A DNA stretch of 64,000 nt, taken from assembly GCF_009914755.1 (NCBI RefSeq), contig NC_060938.1. One strand, written 5' to 3'. Below are positions 61,205-64,000 of this stretch, one piece after another. Under the pieces are notes generated by a model that was not told the DNA's origin, searched no databases, and saw only the letters and a program-made list of their open reading frames with translations. Numbering within the stretch: the first letter of the stretch is position 1; every line of letters begins with the position of its first letter. The DNA is from the human T2T-CHM13v2.0 reference genome, Homo sapiens. Made by a program: the position numbers and the translations under genes.

Positions 61205-62105
61205 GCATGGCTAAAATGAAAAATTTGCACCAAGTATTGGTGAGGATGTGGAGAATACATTCTTGGTGTGAGTGTAAAATGGAACAACCACTTTGGGAAA
61301 AGGCGTAGAAGCTTTTTTTTATATAAAACTAAACATGCACTGAGAATCTAGCAGTTACGTTCTTGGGCAGTAACCGGTAAGTCAAAAAAGAAAAAAAGAC
61401 CCATGCAAGAATGTTTATAGCAGCTTTATTCATAACGACAAAAACTAGACAGTCCTCACGCCCATCTAGAGAAGAGTGAATAAGCAAATTAAGATATATA
61501 ACTGAATACTATTCAGCAATAAAAAGTAATAAAATTAAATGTAGGCATTCAACAGCATGGAGGAATCTCACAAACTTACTGAGTTACCTACTGCTTGATT
61601 CCATTGGTAAGAAATTCTGCAGTAAGCAAAACTACTCTATAGTGGGGAAAAAAAGCAAAGGAGTGGTGGTGTCAGGAATGGTATTGGTGCTAGGATGTAC
61701 TTGGTAGGGACATGAGGAAATGTTCTGGGGTGATGGGAATATTCTGTATTTTGTTATTCTTTAAAATTTTTTATCTATATATTGATAGGGATGTGAGTTA
61801 AATGGATGTATGCATTTGTCAGAAGTTGGTGAATGGCACTGAGCTTTGTACATTTCACTTTAGGTAAATTTTACCTTAAAAAAGTACTGTAAAATATTAA
61901 ACTCTAGCTAATGAAATGCATGCTGAAATTTTTAGCATTGAAGAGCAACAATGGCTACAATTAAAATGGATTAATGGATGAATAGAGGCACAGATATGTG
62001 AGAAAAAATAAAACAATCGAAAACTTAAGGTGGTGGGTATAGGGACCTCCACTGTACAATTATTTCAAATATTCTATATATTTTAAATTTTAGGTATAAA
62101 ATACT
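61205..62105 (+). mobile_element. Old L1M (L1MC/ME-like) 3' fragment
   Basis: ggtgaggatgtggagaa, gaatgtttatagcagctttattcata, gaaatgttctggggtgatgggaatattctgtat. Confidence 0.7.
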
Positions 62106-62287
62106 GGGGAATACAATCTAGTGTGGTATGAAGTAGATAAGCTGGGTCAAGTTGGTAAAAATAAAATGAGTCTTAGCCATGGATAGGGACTTCTGTGGTT
62201 GGCAATACTTTTTTTTTTTTTAATTAGAGTGATTGAGATGTCACTCTATTTCCCTAGATAAACCTTGGATCAGAAAGATGGGGTACT

Positions 62288-62647
<360 letters not shown>

Positions 62648-63983
62648 TCACAAGGGAAAGTATTTGGCTGGGCATTTCTTCTTTTCGAACTTCATTTCTA
62701 TGTATCTATCTGTCTATCAATCATCTTTTGGTGAAAATGCCCATGTTATAAAGTGTTGTGATTTTTTAAAAAAATCATGTATGTGGGCTAAGAAGATAAA
62801 ATAGGCTATTTGAAAATTACTGTAACTAGCCTATAGAACCTATTTATAAACATAAATAAGTACGGTAGCAGCATGAACTTATCTTAGTGCAAATCAAGTA
62901 ACAACATGCCAAATGTCACACCAGCCATTTTCAAGGTGATGTCTCATTTACTACACGTGGTCAGTGTTCAAAACTATTGTTGCTATTAAGATGGTATAGG
63001 GTAGTCTACAAATCTTCTGATGGCAAATGATAACCTCCAGGTCTGTCCCTGGCTAATGGTCCAGATGAAAAAGCAGTGTATAGTGTCTAGCAGACATCTG
63101 AAATCCTGATGTGCATTTACAAATGCTTTTGGAAAAGTTAGCAGTAAGAGTTAGAAACATTTGATCATCTTTTGAATTTGGCTTCACGGGAAAGCAATTC
63201 AGTAACAACTTTGCAGCTCTATTCTGTTCTTATCCTAGCCCTGCTATCCAACTGCTGCATGGCCTCAACATTTGATTTAACCTCTCTGAATTACATTTTC
63301 CTTATTAAATGAGGTTAACAAGCTAGTGTTACAGATATACTGCTATGTTTCAAAAAAGTTAGGTATTGTGTTGACAGGTTCTCTTTCTCCATCTTCAGCT
63401 TTGCTATGTCTCCTTCTACAGTGTATTACTGCATTGTGTTTATATGTGTATATGTACAGATATAATGGTCATTGTCAAAAACTCTCATTAAGATGTTCCC
63501 TCCAGTTAAAAACAAGTTCCCCAGCTTCTCAGCATGTGCATGATTAGCCACACATGATAATTACACCCCAAATGATAATACTTAACAGCAGCAGCATATT
63601 AACCTTGTTAGGCACTCACAATAGCAGAGACTAAAGGAAAGAAAAACAAGCAAATCAAGCTCCCTCATGTTTTGTGTGAAGAACAAGTGGGATTCAGAAA
63701 ATGTGCTCTACAGAGTGCAGGGAAAAAAAGACTCAGTGAAAATGAACATATATGAGACATATGACCTTCTTTTAGAATCCTGGTCCAGTTTTTGTTAAAT
63801 ATAGTGTATTAAGAGCCACTGTCTGCTCAGAGTCATGGCCATTTCATATGAAAATTTAGATGAGGCACTAACTTATTGAGTGCATAGGTGATATTCCTTT
63901 TTCTACATCAACTCTAATTCTCATGATGATATCAAAGTTAAAAAATATTAAAAGCAATAGAAAAGAAAAGATAGTTACTATGG

Positions 63984-64000
63984 TGTATTAGTCTGTTTTT
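63984..64000 (-). mobile_element. Edge of a MaLR (MST/THE1) LTR cut by the window end
   Basis: tgtattagtctgtttt is the typical terminus; only 17 bp visible. Confidence 0.45.

Overview
Mammalian (human-type) genomic DNA covering the middle of the synaptotagmin-16 gene (SYT16, + strand). About 43 kb of one long intron is followed by four coding exons (42848-43060, 48380-48636, 54085-54525, 57448-57637). These splice into one open frame encoding the acidic/Ser-rich linker, the whole C2A domain and the start of C2B. The start-codon exon and the last exon lie outside the window. The rest is repeat-dense: a full-length but ORF1/ORF2-disrupted L1PA4/5-like element antisense to the gene, many Alus, MaLR/ERVL solo LTRs, MER DNA transposons, MIR/L2 and old L1M fragments. 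Notable unexplained structures: (1) a ~534-bp inverted repeat of mostly non-repeat-looking sequence with two 248-bp arms and a G:U bias on the sense strand; (2) a ~1-kb CpG-rich retrocopy with TSDs inside an MLT2A LTR; (3) an open 156-codon L1 ORF0 pointing into SYT16, with donors in phase with SYT16 exons; (4) a GC-AG intron; (5) a templated-insertion repair scar in L1 ORF2; (6) a four-exon block flanked by inverted Alus that would form a stop-free circle. Repeat subfamily calls come from recalled consensus sequences and need RepeatMasker/Dfam confirmation. Coordinates of old repeats are approximate.
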